From an uncultured archaeon (GTDB lineage Archaea; Asgardarchaeota; Lokiarchaeia; Sigyniarchaeales; Promethearchaeaceae): a stretch of 32,000 bases of DNA. Location of the stretch: contig CAYRPF010000010.1 of NCBI GenBank assembly GCA_964426185.1, positions 15,914-47,913 on the forward strand, read 5' to 3'. The notes under the pieces were generated by a model. It made no database searches. It saw nothing but the letters and a program-made list of their open reading frames with translations, and was not told the origin of the DNA. Of the stretch, positions 8,104 to 17,077 are shown one piece after another. Positions within the stretch are counted from its first letter, which is position 1. Each line of letters opens with the position of its first letter. The position numbers were made by a program, and so were the translations under genes.

Positions 8104-10248
8104 TTAATTTTTATTGACAATAACAGCATTACCAGGAGGAATTGTGCGAATTAAATCATTAAGAGAAGTAAGCCTCATCCAAGGCTTAAGATTTTCTTCC
8201 ACTTTTGAAACAAGAATCGAACGAATTTCTTTGGCCAGATCACTTACTTTTTTTCCACTTTTATCTGGTCTTATTTTTACATAGTGAATACCTTTTCGTT
8301 TTAGGGCTGATTCTGGTCCCGATACAACCTGAGGGAAATATTGTAATGCTTGTTCTTCTCCTTTTTGATTAGTAACATGTGAGGATTCTGAAATTTCATT
8401 AAAATCTTCTTCAGATTTAATTGGAATAAAATTTACTCCGATTGTAATTTCAAGGAAGGGTTTTTCGAGAAAATTTTTCCTTCCAGTGATAACAAAAGAT
8501 CCTTTTTTGAGATATTCTCCTGATTTTGGGGTTTTAGAAACTTGATCTGGAAATACATAATAAATATCTGCATTTCCCCATCCTTGTTTCCATGCTGATG
8601 AATAACAAGCAGCAAATTGTCCTGTTTCTTTAATGGTTGTTTCTGGGATTTTCCTATTGTCATCATTTTTAATTAGGCATACCGAAGCACCTCGTACATC
8701 CGTATGAAAAAATAAATCGTTTTTGTTCATATGAGATCGAAATATTTTTTCATTGGAAGAAGCATCTCGGCCTCCTATAATTAAAAAATCATCCGAAGAA
8801 ATAAACCACCTAAATTTTTCATACCATTTTTGTTTTGGGCGTTTTACCAATAATTTTTTTTGAGACTCTACCACCTTATGTTCTTCTTTTTGCTGTTCGA
8901 TTTGTTTTTTAGTTTTTTCTAAAGCTTTTTGGGCACCAATTATCTTCTTTTTGGCTTTTTTGGCTTTGTTATAAATCTCATTTGCATTTTCTATTGCAGA
9001 TTTTTTTAAATCTAATTTAAATTGATGACCTTCTAAATTAATCTGCAATTTAACTTCTTGAGGGAAGATTTGTTCGTAAATTTGGCATTCTGGAATTCCC
9101 ATTTTCTTGCCTTGAAGTAATTTCTGATGAATTTCTTCCCAACTATTATTTTTTTCCCGTTTTTGTCTCATTATAGTTGAAATTAGATTATCGATTTGAG
9201 TTACATATTGAAAAATCAAATGGCCATATTCCAAAGATTTTTTACGAATTTCAGCGGATTCTTCTATTTTTTTTTGTTGTTGAACAAATATTTTCTCTGT
9301 TTTAGATAATTTTACTTTTGATTTTTCGACATCTCCGGAATAAATAAGTTTTGAATCTATTGAAGAAAAAAAGAGATCTACTGCTTCATTAAAGGTTTTT
9401 ACAGGTTGAAACGTTAAATGTGAGAATATTTTCAATTCAAATGGTTCAAATCGAATATTTTTTCCTTCAAAATCCTTTATTAACTGTGGATTAAACGTAT
9501 GATTTTCTAGAATAGAAGATATTTCAAGAATACTTTTATAAAGAAGATTAAAATCAGAGTCTGAAAGTTGAGAAATTTCCTTATCTTTTTTAATTTCTGC
9601 TCTATAACAGATTTCTTCTGCTAAATAGCCCCCAATATTGAATTCTCTCGCTAGAATGCGAACAATTTGTCCAGATTTCTTTTTTACAATCTCTTGAAAT
9701 TGTTCTTCATGTAAATTATTTATGTCTATACCACGCGATTTTGGATAATTATATTCATGTTTTGGAAGAATTTCACGATTTCGATACTTTTTGTAATGTT
9801 CCGCTATTATAACTTGATTAGTATCATTAACTAGGATGAAATTTCCTCCCCCGAAAAATTCAATGATAAATTTCCAAGGTTCTCCATCTTTAGAACCCAA
9901 TTCAAATATTAAAATTCGATCCAAATTGTATTGAGAGATTTTTGTAATTCTACGTCCCTTAATGAACTTTCTTAGAGACATAATAAACTGTGAAGGGAAT
10001 TTAGGAACTGGATAATCAAATTGAGTTAAGTTTATTCTTTGAGAAGTATCTATTATTAATTTTTGGGGTCCTGATTTAGATCTACATTTTAAAAGCAAAA
10101 CTCGGCGTTCAATTTCGATTTCATAAACATTGGTAATAAACCCTTGACAGAGAATTTCATTTAATTCGTATGCAAGAATTGATAGATCAATATTACTGAT
10201 TTCTTTTTTAAAGCTTGAATGGGAATCAAGATTATTACTTCTACTCAT
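8104..10248 (-). CDS. rqcH: Ribosome quality control factor Rqc2/NEMF/RqcH (NFACT family)
   Basis: NFACT-N (LRKFIKG, LDRIL, IEFFGGGNFIL), H2TH, coiled coil, and NFACT-R (WYEKFRWFISSD..GGRDASSNE, FHTDVRGAS, QVSKTPKSGEYL). Confidence 0.93.
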   Translation of the reverse strand: MSRSNNLDSHSSFKKEISNIDLSILAYELNEILCQGFITNVYEIEIERRVLLLKCRSKSGPQKLIIDTSQRINLTQFDYPVPKFPSQFIMSLRKFIKGRRITKISQYNLDRILIFELGSKDGEPWKFIIEFFGGGNFILVNDTNQVIIAEHYKKYRNREILPKHEYNYPKSRGIDINNLHEEQFQEIVKKKSGQIVRILAREFNIGGYLAEEICYRAEIKKDKEISQLSDSDFNLLYKSILEISSILENHTFNPQLIKDFEGKNIRFEPFELKIFSHLTFQPVKTFNEAVDLFFSSIDSKLIYSGDVEKSKVKLSKTEKIFVQQQKKIEESAEIRKKSLEYGHLIFQYVTQIDNLISTIMRQKREKNNSWEEIHQKLLQGKKMGIPECQIYEQIFPQEVKLQINLEGHQFKLDLKKSAIENANEIYNKAKKAKKKIIGAQKALEKTKKQIEQQKEEHKVVESQKKLLVKRPKQKWYEKFRWFISSDDFLIIGGRDASSNEKIFRSHMNKNDLFFHTDVRGASVCLIKNDDNRKIPETTIKETGQFAACYSSAWKQGWGNADIYYVFPDQVSKTPKSGEYLKKGSFVITGRKNFLEKPFLEITIGVNFIPIKSEEDFNEISESSHVTNQKGEEQALQYFPQVVSGPESALKRKGIHYVKIRPDKSGKKVSDLAKEIRSILVSKVEENLKPWMRLTSLNDLIRTIPPGNAVIVNKN

Positions 10249-10319
10249 TACACTCGAAATTAAATAATGAAAAGTAGATATAAAAATTAATGAATGAAAA
10301 AAATGATGTGAGGAATGTT

Positions 10320-11687
10320 CTAAAACTGCTTTTTAGATTTTTTCACTAACATCGGAAGAATTAAACCAGCAAAAAGCAAACCTTCCCACCCGAATGGAAC
10401 GCTTCTTTTTGTAGCTGTATCATTCGACACTGGAGATGGTCCAGGATTTAATATATCAACTCGATCGATGCCGCGGACACCATCAGCAATATAAAGATAT
10501 TTCCCTTCTACATCAAAATTATAAGCATTTCCCAGTGAATTATAAACCCTAGACGTATTTATATTTGGGGAAAAAGGATTTGTGATATCAATAAAGAAAG
10601 TTCCGTTGTCAGGTGTATTATAAAAGAGAGTATTCTCAAAAATAAACTGATTTTGTCCAGGATTTGCGGTAAAATTATAAGAATTAATTAATTCTGGGGC
10701 AGATGGATTAGAAATATTATACAAAATCAAACCATGATTTGAAGTGGATAGAAAAATTACATCGTTTTTCATTTCGATATCGTTAAAAGTATCATTTGAA
10801 ATTTGAATAGTGTACAAATCAATCGGTGAATTAAAATTTGAAACATTGACAATTTTTAAGGCAGGATTTGATGAAACAGAATAAATTAATAAATCGGAAG
10901 ATAATTTTGCACTTAAAATAGAATTATTTGCTTCCAAATAGACCAAATTACTCGGATTTGCTGGATCTAAACAGTCAATTATGAAAATTCCATCATTCGC
11001 TGTTGCGACAATCATTTTTGATTGATTAAGCAAAAATTTTGTAATAGAGCTATTAATTTCTATTTTACTAATCATATTGATATTTGTGGGGTCAGATACG
11101 TCTAAAATCCGAATTCCATAATTATTATCTACCAAGAAAGCATTTTTTCCTTGTTTCTCTATAAATCGTGCATCTATATTATTTGTATAATATTTGCCTA
11201 GAAGAATTCTAGAATTGTAATTTGAAATATCTAAAACCAACAAACCATTTTGACCATCTGCAACATAAGCGGTATGATCTTCGATTATAATATCATATGT
11301 ATCGGCGGGATTTACAACCTTGTCTTTGTAATCGCCATAAGTAATTATAGTAAAGCATACTGTTGAGATTAGCATAAATGAAAAGAAAAAGGCACCTACT
11401 CCCGTTTTCAATATTTTTTTCCAATCCCATTGTTTTTTCTTATATGGAAGTCTGAAAATTACAAAACTCTGAAGAAATGGCCAAACTAGCATAAATCCTG
11501 CTAAATATAAAAACATCCACCATCCTCGTAAATCAAATACTAATACACCAAATAATGATGACACAACTGCTGTAATTACTTTTACCCAGTAGAATTTTTC
11601 TTCAATTGTTCGTTCTTTAGTTTTTTCTTTCTCTATGGCTTTCTTCTTTTTTTTAACTAAATATTTGGGTTTTCTTTTTCTAACCAT
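10320..11687 (-). CDS. EMC6/Rab5ip-like three-TM domain fused to a seven-blade LVIVD beta-propeller, with C-terminal VPFG-hydrophobic-basic tail
   Basis: Basic N-terminus; TM block FYWVKVITAVV..LRGWW..KILKTGVGAFFFSFMLISTV; seven LVIVD-type repeats; ten N-x-S/T sequons. Likely ATG at 11687. Confidence 0.7.
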   Translation of the reverse strand: MVRKRKPKYLVKKKKKAIEKEKTKERTIEEKFYWVKVITAVVSSLFGVLVFDLRGWWMFLYLAGFMLVWPFLQSFVIFRLPYKKKQWDWKKILKTGVGAFFFSFMLISTVCFTIITYGDYKDKVVNPADTYDIIIEDHTAYVADGQNGLLVLDISNYNSRILLGKYYTNNIDARFIEKQGKNAFLVDNNYGIRILDVSDPTNINMISKIEINSSITKFLLNQSKMIVATANDGIFIIDCLDPANPSNLVYLEANNSILSAKLSSDLLIYSVSSNPALKIVNVSNFNSPIDLYTIQISNDTFNDIEMKNDVIFLSTSNHGLILYNISNPSAPELINSYNFTANPGQNQFIFENTLFYNTPDNGTFFIDITNPFSPNINTSRVYNSLGNAYNFDVEGKYLYIADGVRGIDRVDILNPGPSPVSNDTATKRSVPFGWEGLLFAGLILPMLVKKSKKQF

Positions 11688-11729
11688 AATGTTAATAATA
11701 GAAAATATCAAAAAAATTTTGTTTTTTTA

Positions 11730-12236
11730 TTAAAAACTAGTGCGCAAAATCTCATCTTGGTAAACTATCCGTTCACAATATGTACAAGCAATTTTTAGCG
11801 GATCTTCAGAAATAACTCGAAATTTAGTTTCTACTGGCTCTCGCTCTACATTTGTGATGCACTTTTCATTTGGACATTTAACAATTCCATGAATCATATC
11901 AGGAATTTTTACAACAAATTTTTTTACTACCTTGTAATCTTCAATAAAAGAAACTTTACATCTTGGGGAAATAATCGCAATTTGATGGATTTGTTTTTGA
12001 TCAAGCATTATCTTTTCAACTTTTACGATATCCTTCTTTCCACTTTGGGACGAATTTGATTTGACATTTATCCCTACTGTGATTAGACTGCCATCCTTTC
12101 CTTCTAGTCCAAGAATTTTCATTACAGAAAATGCAAAACCTTCTTTAATGTGATCGATAACGGTTCCACGTTGAATTTTCTCTACATAAAGTCTCTTACC
12201 ATCTTTATCTGAGTTTTCTGAATTCATAATGCTCAA
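11730..12236 (-). CDS. pyrI: Aspartate carbamoyltransferase regulatory subunit
   Basis: LYVEKIQRGTVIDHI, KKDIVKVE, CPNEKCIT and CTYCE zinc site. Confidence 0.96.
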   Translation of the reverse strand: MSIMNSENSDKDGKRLYVEKIQRGTVIDHIKEGFAFSVMKILGLEGKDGSLITVGINVKSNSSQSGKKDIVKVEKIMLDQKQIHQIAIISPRCKVSFIEDYKVVKKFVVKIPDMIHGIVKCPNEKCITNVEREPVETKFRVISEDPLKIACTYCERIVYQDEILRTSF

Positions 12237-12276
12237 CTAATATAATATGGATTTGGATGCTAAAATCATTTTTTAT

Positions 12277-12660
12277 TTAAGAATTGAGTATATATGTAGA
12301 AAGCCATTTTTTGAGATCGGAACATACTTTTTTAAAACGTTTTGGATTACTATAGAAAAGACGATTATGAGGGCATTCATCATCTAAAACGCATGTTTTG
12401 CTCTCAAGATCATATATCATGGGATAGAATTTGCATCCCATTGGACGTATAGAATATATGGAACATTTTCTCGTTTCAGGTAAATAAAAAATACAATGAC
12501 CATCGATATTTTTCAATCGGTAAAATTTACCATCAAAATCATAAAATGATTCAGAAGATAACGGTTCTTGTAAATTTTCTGAGATATTTAGTATGTCTTC
12601 CTTTGAAAGAATCATTTCTGTGTGGGTACAACAAATTCCACAAGTTTGACAAATTTTCAT
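12277..12660 (-). CDS. YkgJ family cysteine-cluster (CxxCxxCC) protein
   Basis: CQTCGICC...CIFY...CSIYSIRPMGCKFYP. Confidence 0.9.
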   Translation of the reverse strand: MKICQTCGICCTHTEMILSKEDILNISENLQEPLSSESFYDFDGKFYRLKNIDGHCIFYLPETRKCSIYSIRPMGCKFYPMIYDLESKTCVLDDECPHNRLFYSNPKRFKKVCSDLKKWLSTYILNS

Positions 12661-12696
12661 TTTTCTTACAAATAAAAGAGATAAAAAAGGTTATAT

Positions 12697-12876
12697 TTAT
12701 TTTATTTTTGTATACATATTCTTCGAAATTCTATTAATATATCCACGTTTGTAGAATTGTTTTAAGATATTACGTGCTTCACGCGCATCATCCTTTTCCA
12801 TATCAAGGATTGCCATAAATTGATAAATGGAAAAATTGTTTGGTAACAGTTGCTCAATTAATGTATATAATCCCAT
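12697..12876 (-). CDS. Small winged helix-turn-helix protein, 59 aa, absent from the ORF track
   Basis: Manual translation: MGLYTLIEQLLPNNFSIYQFMAILDMEKDDAREARNILKQFYKRGYINRISKNMYTKIK*. It shows a wHTH recognition helix and wing (KRGYINRISKNMY). Confidence 0.7.
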   Translation of the reverse strand: MGLYTLIEQLLPNNFSIYQFMAILDMEKDDAREARNILKQFYKRGYINRISKNMYTKIK

Positions 12877-12980
12877 AATTTTCAGCTTGATAAGATTTTA
12901 TAATGATTAATCAAATGAATTGTACATAAATTTTAACTTTTTTGGGTGTATCTTTTACCTAAGCTTTGAGGGATTAAATA

Positions 12981-15900
12981 ATGAAAATTCGAAAATTTGC
13001 TATTATTTTTTTATTGGGCTTAATGCTGATTACTATTCCTGTAAACCTTCAATTACATTCAAATTCTTTTTTGAATACAATAAAAAAAACCTCAAATCTT
13101 AATCAAATCTTTGTTTCTTCGCTAAATATAGAAGAAATGAATAAAGATTCTCATTTATTTTTGAGAGGTGAGTCTTATGAACATTTTTCAGATGATAGCG
13201 GATTTTCAAAGAAAATTTTCATAGTTTTTGATCCTACATTAGATTATAATGATCGAATTTTCTACCTTAAGAAAATTGACAGTAATGTGAAAATAAGATA
13301 TAATTATAAATATATTCCTGTAGTATCGGTGGAATTTTCTCAATCTCCTCATACTTTGTTCAAACAGAATCCGCTGAAATTTTTGAGGATAACAAAAATT
13401 GTTAATCTTCATCAAACTAGGATTGAACGCCCTGAATACTCACGATTATTTTTTTCAGACGAACAAAAGAATAATTCTTCATCAAACATGGAAAATTGGT
13501 GGTTAAATTCAATTGATGCTGCTGATGTCCAATATACCGGTAAAGGAGTAAAAATTGCCATTATAGATACAGGTATTTCTGTTCATCCAGATTTTTTCTC
13601 AAATGGGAACAGTCGTATTATTGCAAGTAAGAATTTTACTAGTGAAGCGGGAGTTACTCAAAATCAATATTACTTCGATGATTATGGTCATGGGACTCAT
13701 GTTGCTGGGATTGCAGCTGGTAACGGATTTTTATCCGATGGAAAATATAGAGGAGTTGCCTCACAAGCGCTGTTATATAATGCTAAAATATCAAATTCGA
13801 CTGGATTTATTGAAGAAGATGATGTGGTTGCTGCGATTGAATGGTGCATTGACGAACAAGTTGATATTATCAGTATGAGTTTTGGAGATACTATTCCTGA
13901 AGTTTGGACAATTCAAACTATGGCAATTCAACAAGCAGTAGAACATGGAATTGTAGCCTTTGCATCGGCTGGGAATAGCGGTCCTGGTTTTTTTACTTCA
14001 GGGACTCCGGCAAGTGGACTTTTTTCCATCGCGGTAGGAGCAACAGATGAGAATAATCAAGTTGCTCAATTTAGCAGTTGGGGTCCGACTTATTCTAATC
14101 AATTAAATCCTGAAATTTGTGCCCCTGGAGTAAACATTATAGCACCTCTTTCTAAAAGTTCAATTTTAGATTTAGAAATGAATATTAGAGAAAATAAAAT
14201 TGATTATTCTTCAAATTTTGGTTACATACCTTTATCTGGAACGAGTATGGCATGTCCTATAGCTGCTGGAGCTGCTGCTCTATTGATAGAAGCATATCCT
14301 AATGCTTCTCCTGAAACCATAAGAAATGCACTTATTGAGGGTGCAAAAGAGATTAATTCAGGGATTTTAGAAGGAAAAATGGTTAGAGCCGGAGCAGGGC
14401 TCATTAATATAAGTAAATCTCTGCAAATCTTAGAAGAATGGAGTACAAATTCTGATGGTGTGAATGATAATATTCGAATTTTCCCTAATATTTTCCCTTA
14501 TGCTCCTTATGATTTTTTTAATTATCCAGGGGATCAAATTATTCTAAATTATACATTGATAAAGGGTTCTTCGGCTACTATAAAGATAGAATTACCCAAT
14601 ATTCCAGGAATTGAGTTTCAGATTGTTTCTAACAATTCTTTTACATATGAGAAAAAGATTGTGAATGTTCCAATTTATGCCCGTATATTATATAATGCAA
14701 CTCCAGGGTATTATTCGGGGAATATTTTAGTAAAAAATGCAATTACCGGGACTTTACTTGACCAGATTGAGTCTAATATTATTATAAAAACTCCAAAAGC
14801 AAAAGTCTATTTCGATTCTTATCACGGTTTAAATGATTTCTACCCCAGTAACTTTTCTACATTTTCCCAAATTGACCTCTATCATTTATTTAGTCTTTTA
14901 AACTCACAAAATTATCAAGTAGCATTTAATATGGAGCATTGGACGCCTTTCTACAATGCTTCGCTAAATTCTCCTATTCTTACCAGTGAAATTTTGAGTA
15001 ACATTGATATACTTGTGCTCCAAGCGCCAATTATTCCATACAATCGATATGAAATTCAAGAAATAACCAATTTTTATAACGAAGGGGGTTCAATTTTATT
15101 TCTCGGAACAGTTAATAATCTTTTATGCACAGATTCACTAAACGCTTTGTTTGACTCATTAAACACTAATATAAAATTTGGGGAAAATTTAGTTAACCTT
15201 AGAAATTTCGGTTATTTTTCACAAGCGATTCCCTTTAATAATTTAACTCTAAACGAGGAGGTTCCTCTCTTAACTAATATTTCTGAATTTTATTATTCCT
15301 TTGGAACTTCTTTCGTTAATCAAACACCAGTAATTCCTTTAATCTCTGTAGATGGTAAAATAGTCGCAATGGACGCAAGTTTTAATAGATCTACTGGGAA
15401 ATTCCTTTTATTCGGCGATTATCATTTTCTAACTACCTCTGTATTCACATCAGAGAGACTTTATACAAATCTCTCTGCTTTTGCTACAAATATCTTCGAC
15501 TATCTACGTCCTTCAGATAAGATTCGAATTGATCTCTCTTATAATCACCAATATACTGTAAATACTACAAAAATTCCCATTAAACTTCAAATTCTTGATC
15601 AAATTTCCAAAGAACTCTATTCAAACTTCGCAATTGGCTCGGCTCTTAACATGTCTCTTCTTTTTCCTAATGGCACCGTAAAAAATTTGGATGTGATTGA
15701 AAATTCTAAATTGAAGGCTTATTTTTCGTCAATTCCGCTAAATAATTTAAATTTCAGCAGATATCCACTTATTTTGACAGTTAATTTACAAATTAATGAA
15801 ACAATTTATTCAGATACCTTTAAATTTATTCATGAAGTCTCAGATTTGATTTCTCCTTATAAAATAAGTAGCTTAGACGAGAAATTAGATCGATTAGAAC

Positions 15901-16775
15901 CAGGACCTTCAATATTTGCTATAAATACTTCAGAAACGGACATTTTTAGATCAATAAACGCCATTATTTTCCCAAATTCATATTTTTCTATTAATAATCT
16001 TGAAATTTTGGAAACTAATTTATCTTCTTTTGAAAATTACTCAATAATTTCTTATGAATTTACTAGCAGAAATCCTGCAGGAGAAATCATTTTCACCCCA
16101 AACGATCTCTCTAATCAATCTATTAATAGAATTGATTTGTATCCATCTCGTATCTCTTTTTCATTAATTGATTATTTACCAGAAGTAAAAGAAACATCAT
16201 CTTTCATTGGATCTAATCCATTCACAGAATATCAAAATGGCGATTACATCATACCCGTACAAATTTTGGTTAACCAAGAAATTCCTCTTCAAGTTTCAAT
16301 TGTTGATTATGATGATAATCCAGTAGATCGAAACAAATTCAAATTAAGTTGTTCCTTAATACCAGGCATAATTTATCATAACTTTTTCAATCCGATATTT
16401 CCTCAGAAAATATGGTATTTTAACTTAAATTATAATACTACCAGTCAATTTTATGAAGGAAATATTGTGATTCCTGCAGAATTTCAATTCTCTGGTTTTT
16501 CTGGATCTGTGAAATATTCCAGTGAATCTGATTTCTTGAATTTCTATACATTGGCATTAATATCCGTAATCGATCCGAGTGGTGGGTCTAATTTTTATCC
16601 ATTACTCTTTATGCCTTATGAAAAACCGATCCATCTTTTTAATTTAACTCCAATTTTCATGCTATATGGATTGATTGCGTTATCAATCGTCTTTATAGAA
16701 AAAGGCTCAAAATGGAAGCAAAAAATAAGATTTCACAGAATTTCCCACAATCTTGTAAGCAAAAAAAAATTTTAA
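12981..16775 (+). CDS. Membrane-anchored S8 (subtilisin-family) serine protease with downstream GATase-like/DUF4350-type domain
   Basis: Signal peptide and prodomain; triad IIDTG, HGTHVAG, GTSMACP; oxyanion AGNSG; later KVYFDSYH..DILVL..GGSILFLG..GKFLLFGD; C-terminal TM and basic tail. Confidence 0.92.
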   Translation: MKIRKFAIIFLLGLMLITIPVNLQLHSNSFLNTIKKTSNLNQIFVSSLNIEEMNKDSHLFLRGESYEHFSDDSGFSKKIFIVFDPTLDYNDRIFYLKKIDSNVKIRYNYKYIPVVSVEFSQSPHTLFKQNPLKFLRITKIVNLHQTRIERPEYSRLFFSDEQKNNSSSNMENWWLNSIDAADVQYTGKGVKIAIIDTGISVHPDFFSNGNSRIIASKNFTSEAGVTQNQYYFDDYGHGTHVAGIAAGNGFLSDGKYRGVASQALLYNAKISNSTGFIEEDDVVAAIEWCIDEQVDIISMSFGDTIPEVWTIQTMAIQQAVEHGIVAFASAGNSGPGFFTSGTPASGLFSIAVGATDENNQVAQFSSWGPTYSNQLNPEICAPGVNIIAPLSKSSILDLEMNIRENKIDYSSNFGYIPLSGTSMACPIAAGAAALLIEAYPNASPETIRNALIEGAKEINSGILEGKMVRAGAGLINISKSLQILEEWSTNSDGVNDNIRIFPNIFPYAPYDFFNYPGDQIILNYTLIKGSSATIKIELPNIPGIEFQIVSNNSFTYEKKIVNVPIYARILYNATPGYYSGNILVKNAITGTLLDQIESNIIIKTPKAKVYFDSYHGLNDFYPSNFSTFSQIDLYHLFSLLNSQNYQVAFNMEHWTPFYNASLNSPILTSEILSNIDILVLQAPIIPYNRYEIQEITNFYNEGGSILFLGTVNNLLCTDSLNALFDSLNTNIKFGENLVNLRNFGYFSQAIPFNNLTLNEEVPLLTNISEFYYSFGTSFVNQTPVIPLISVDGKIVAMDASFNRSTGKFLLFGDYHFLTTSVFTSERLYTNLSAFATNIFDYLRPSDKIRIDLSYNHQYTVNTTKIPIKLQILDQISKELYSNFAIGSALNMSLLFPNGTVKNLDVIENSKLKAYFSSIPLNNLNFSRYPLILTVNLQINETIYSDTFKFIHEVSDLISPYKISSLDEKLDRLEPGPSIFAINTSETDIFRSINAIIFPNSYFSINNLEILETNLSSFENYSIISYEFTSRNPAGEIIFTPNDLSNQSINRIDLYPSRISFSLIDYLPEVKETSSFIGSNPFTEYQNGDYIIPVQILVNQEIPLQVSIVDYDDNPVDRNKFKLSCSLIPGIIYHNFFNPIFPQKIWYFNLNYNTTSQFYEGNIVIPAEFQFSGFSGSVKYSSESDFLNFYTLALISVIDPSGGSNFYPLLFMPYEKPIHLFNLTPIFMLYGLIALSIVFIEKGSKWKQKIRFHRISHNLVSKKKF

Positions 16776-16822
16776 TCAATTGATTTTTTTTTGATCCTTC
16801 GTTGATAAGAATAGAGATTTTC

Positions 16823-17059
16823 ATGTCGAAATATGATAAATATAAAAATGATGGTATTTTTCCCCATAAACACTGTCCAATATGTTTTAAAATAATTCCT
16901 GAAGAAGGAACAGAATACGGCGAGTATTGCTCTGCTGAATGTGCTGGTGTAAAAAAAACGGAGAAAAAAAGCAAGAAACGACGCTATATCATTATGTTTG
17001 CATCATATGGAATAATGATTGTTGTATTTGTAATAATGATGATCCTTTCTAGAGGTTAG
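16823..17059 (+). CDS. DUF2116-like zinc-ribbon protein with C-terminal TM
   Basis: PHKHCPIC..IP..YCSAEC, basic patch and TM. ATG at 16823. Confidence 0.75.
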   Translation: MSKYDKYKNDGIFPHKHCPICFKIIPEEGTEYGEYCSAECAGVKKTEKKSKKRRYIIMFASYGIMIVVFVIMMILSRG

Positions 17060-17077
17060 AAAAAAGAAAGTGTATGA

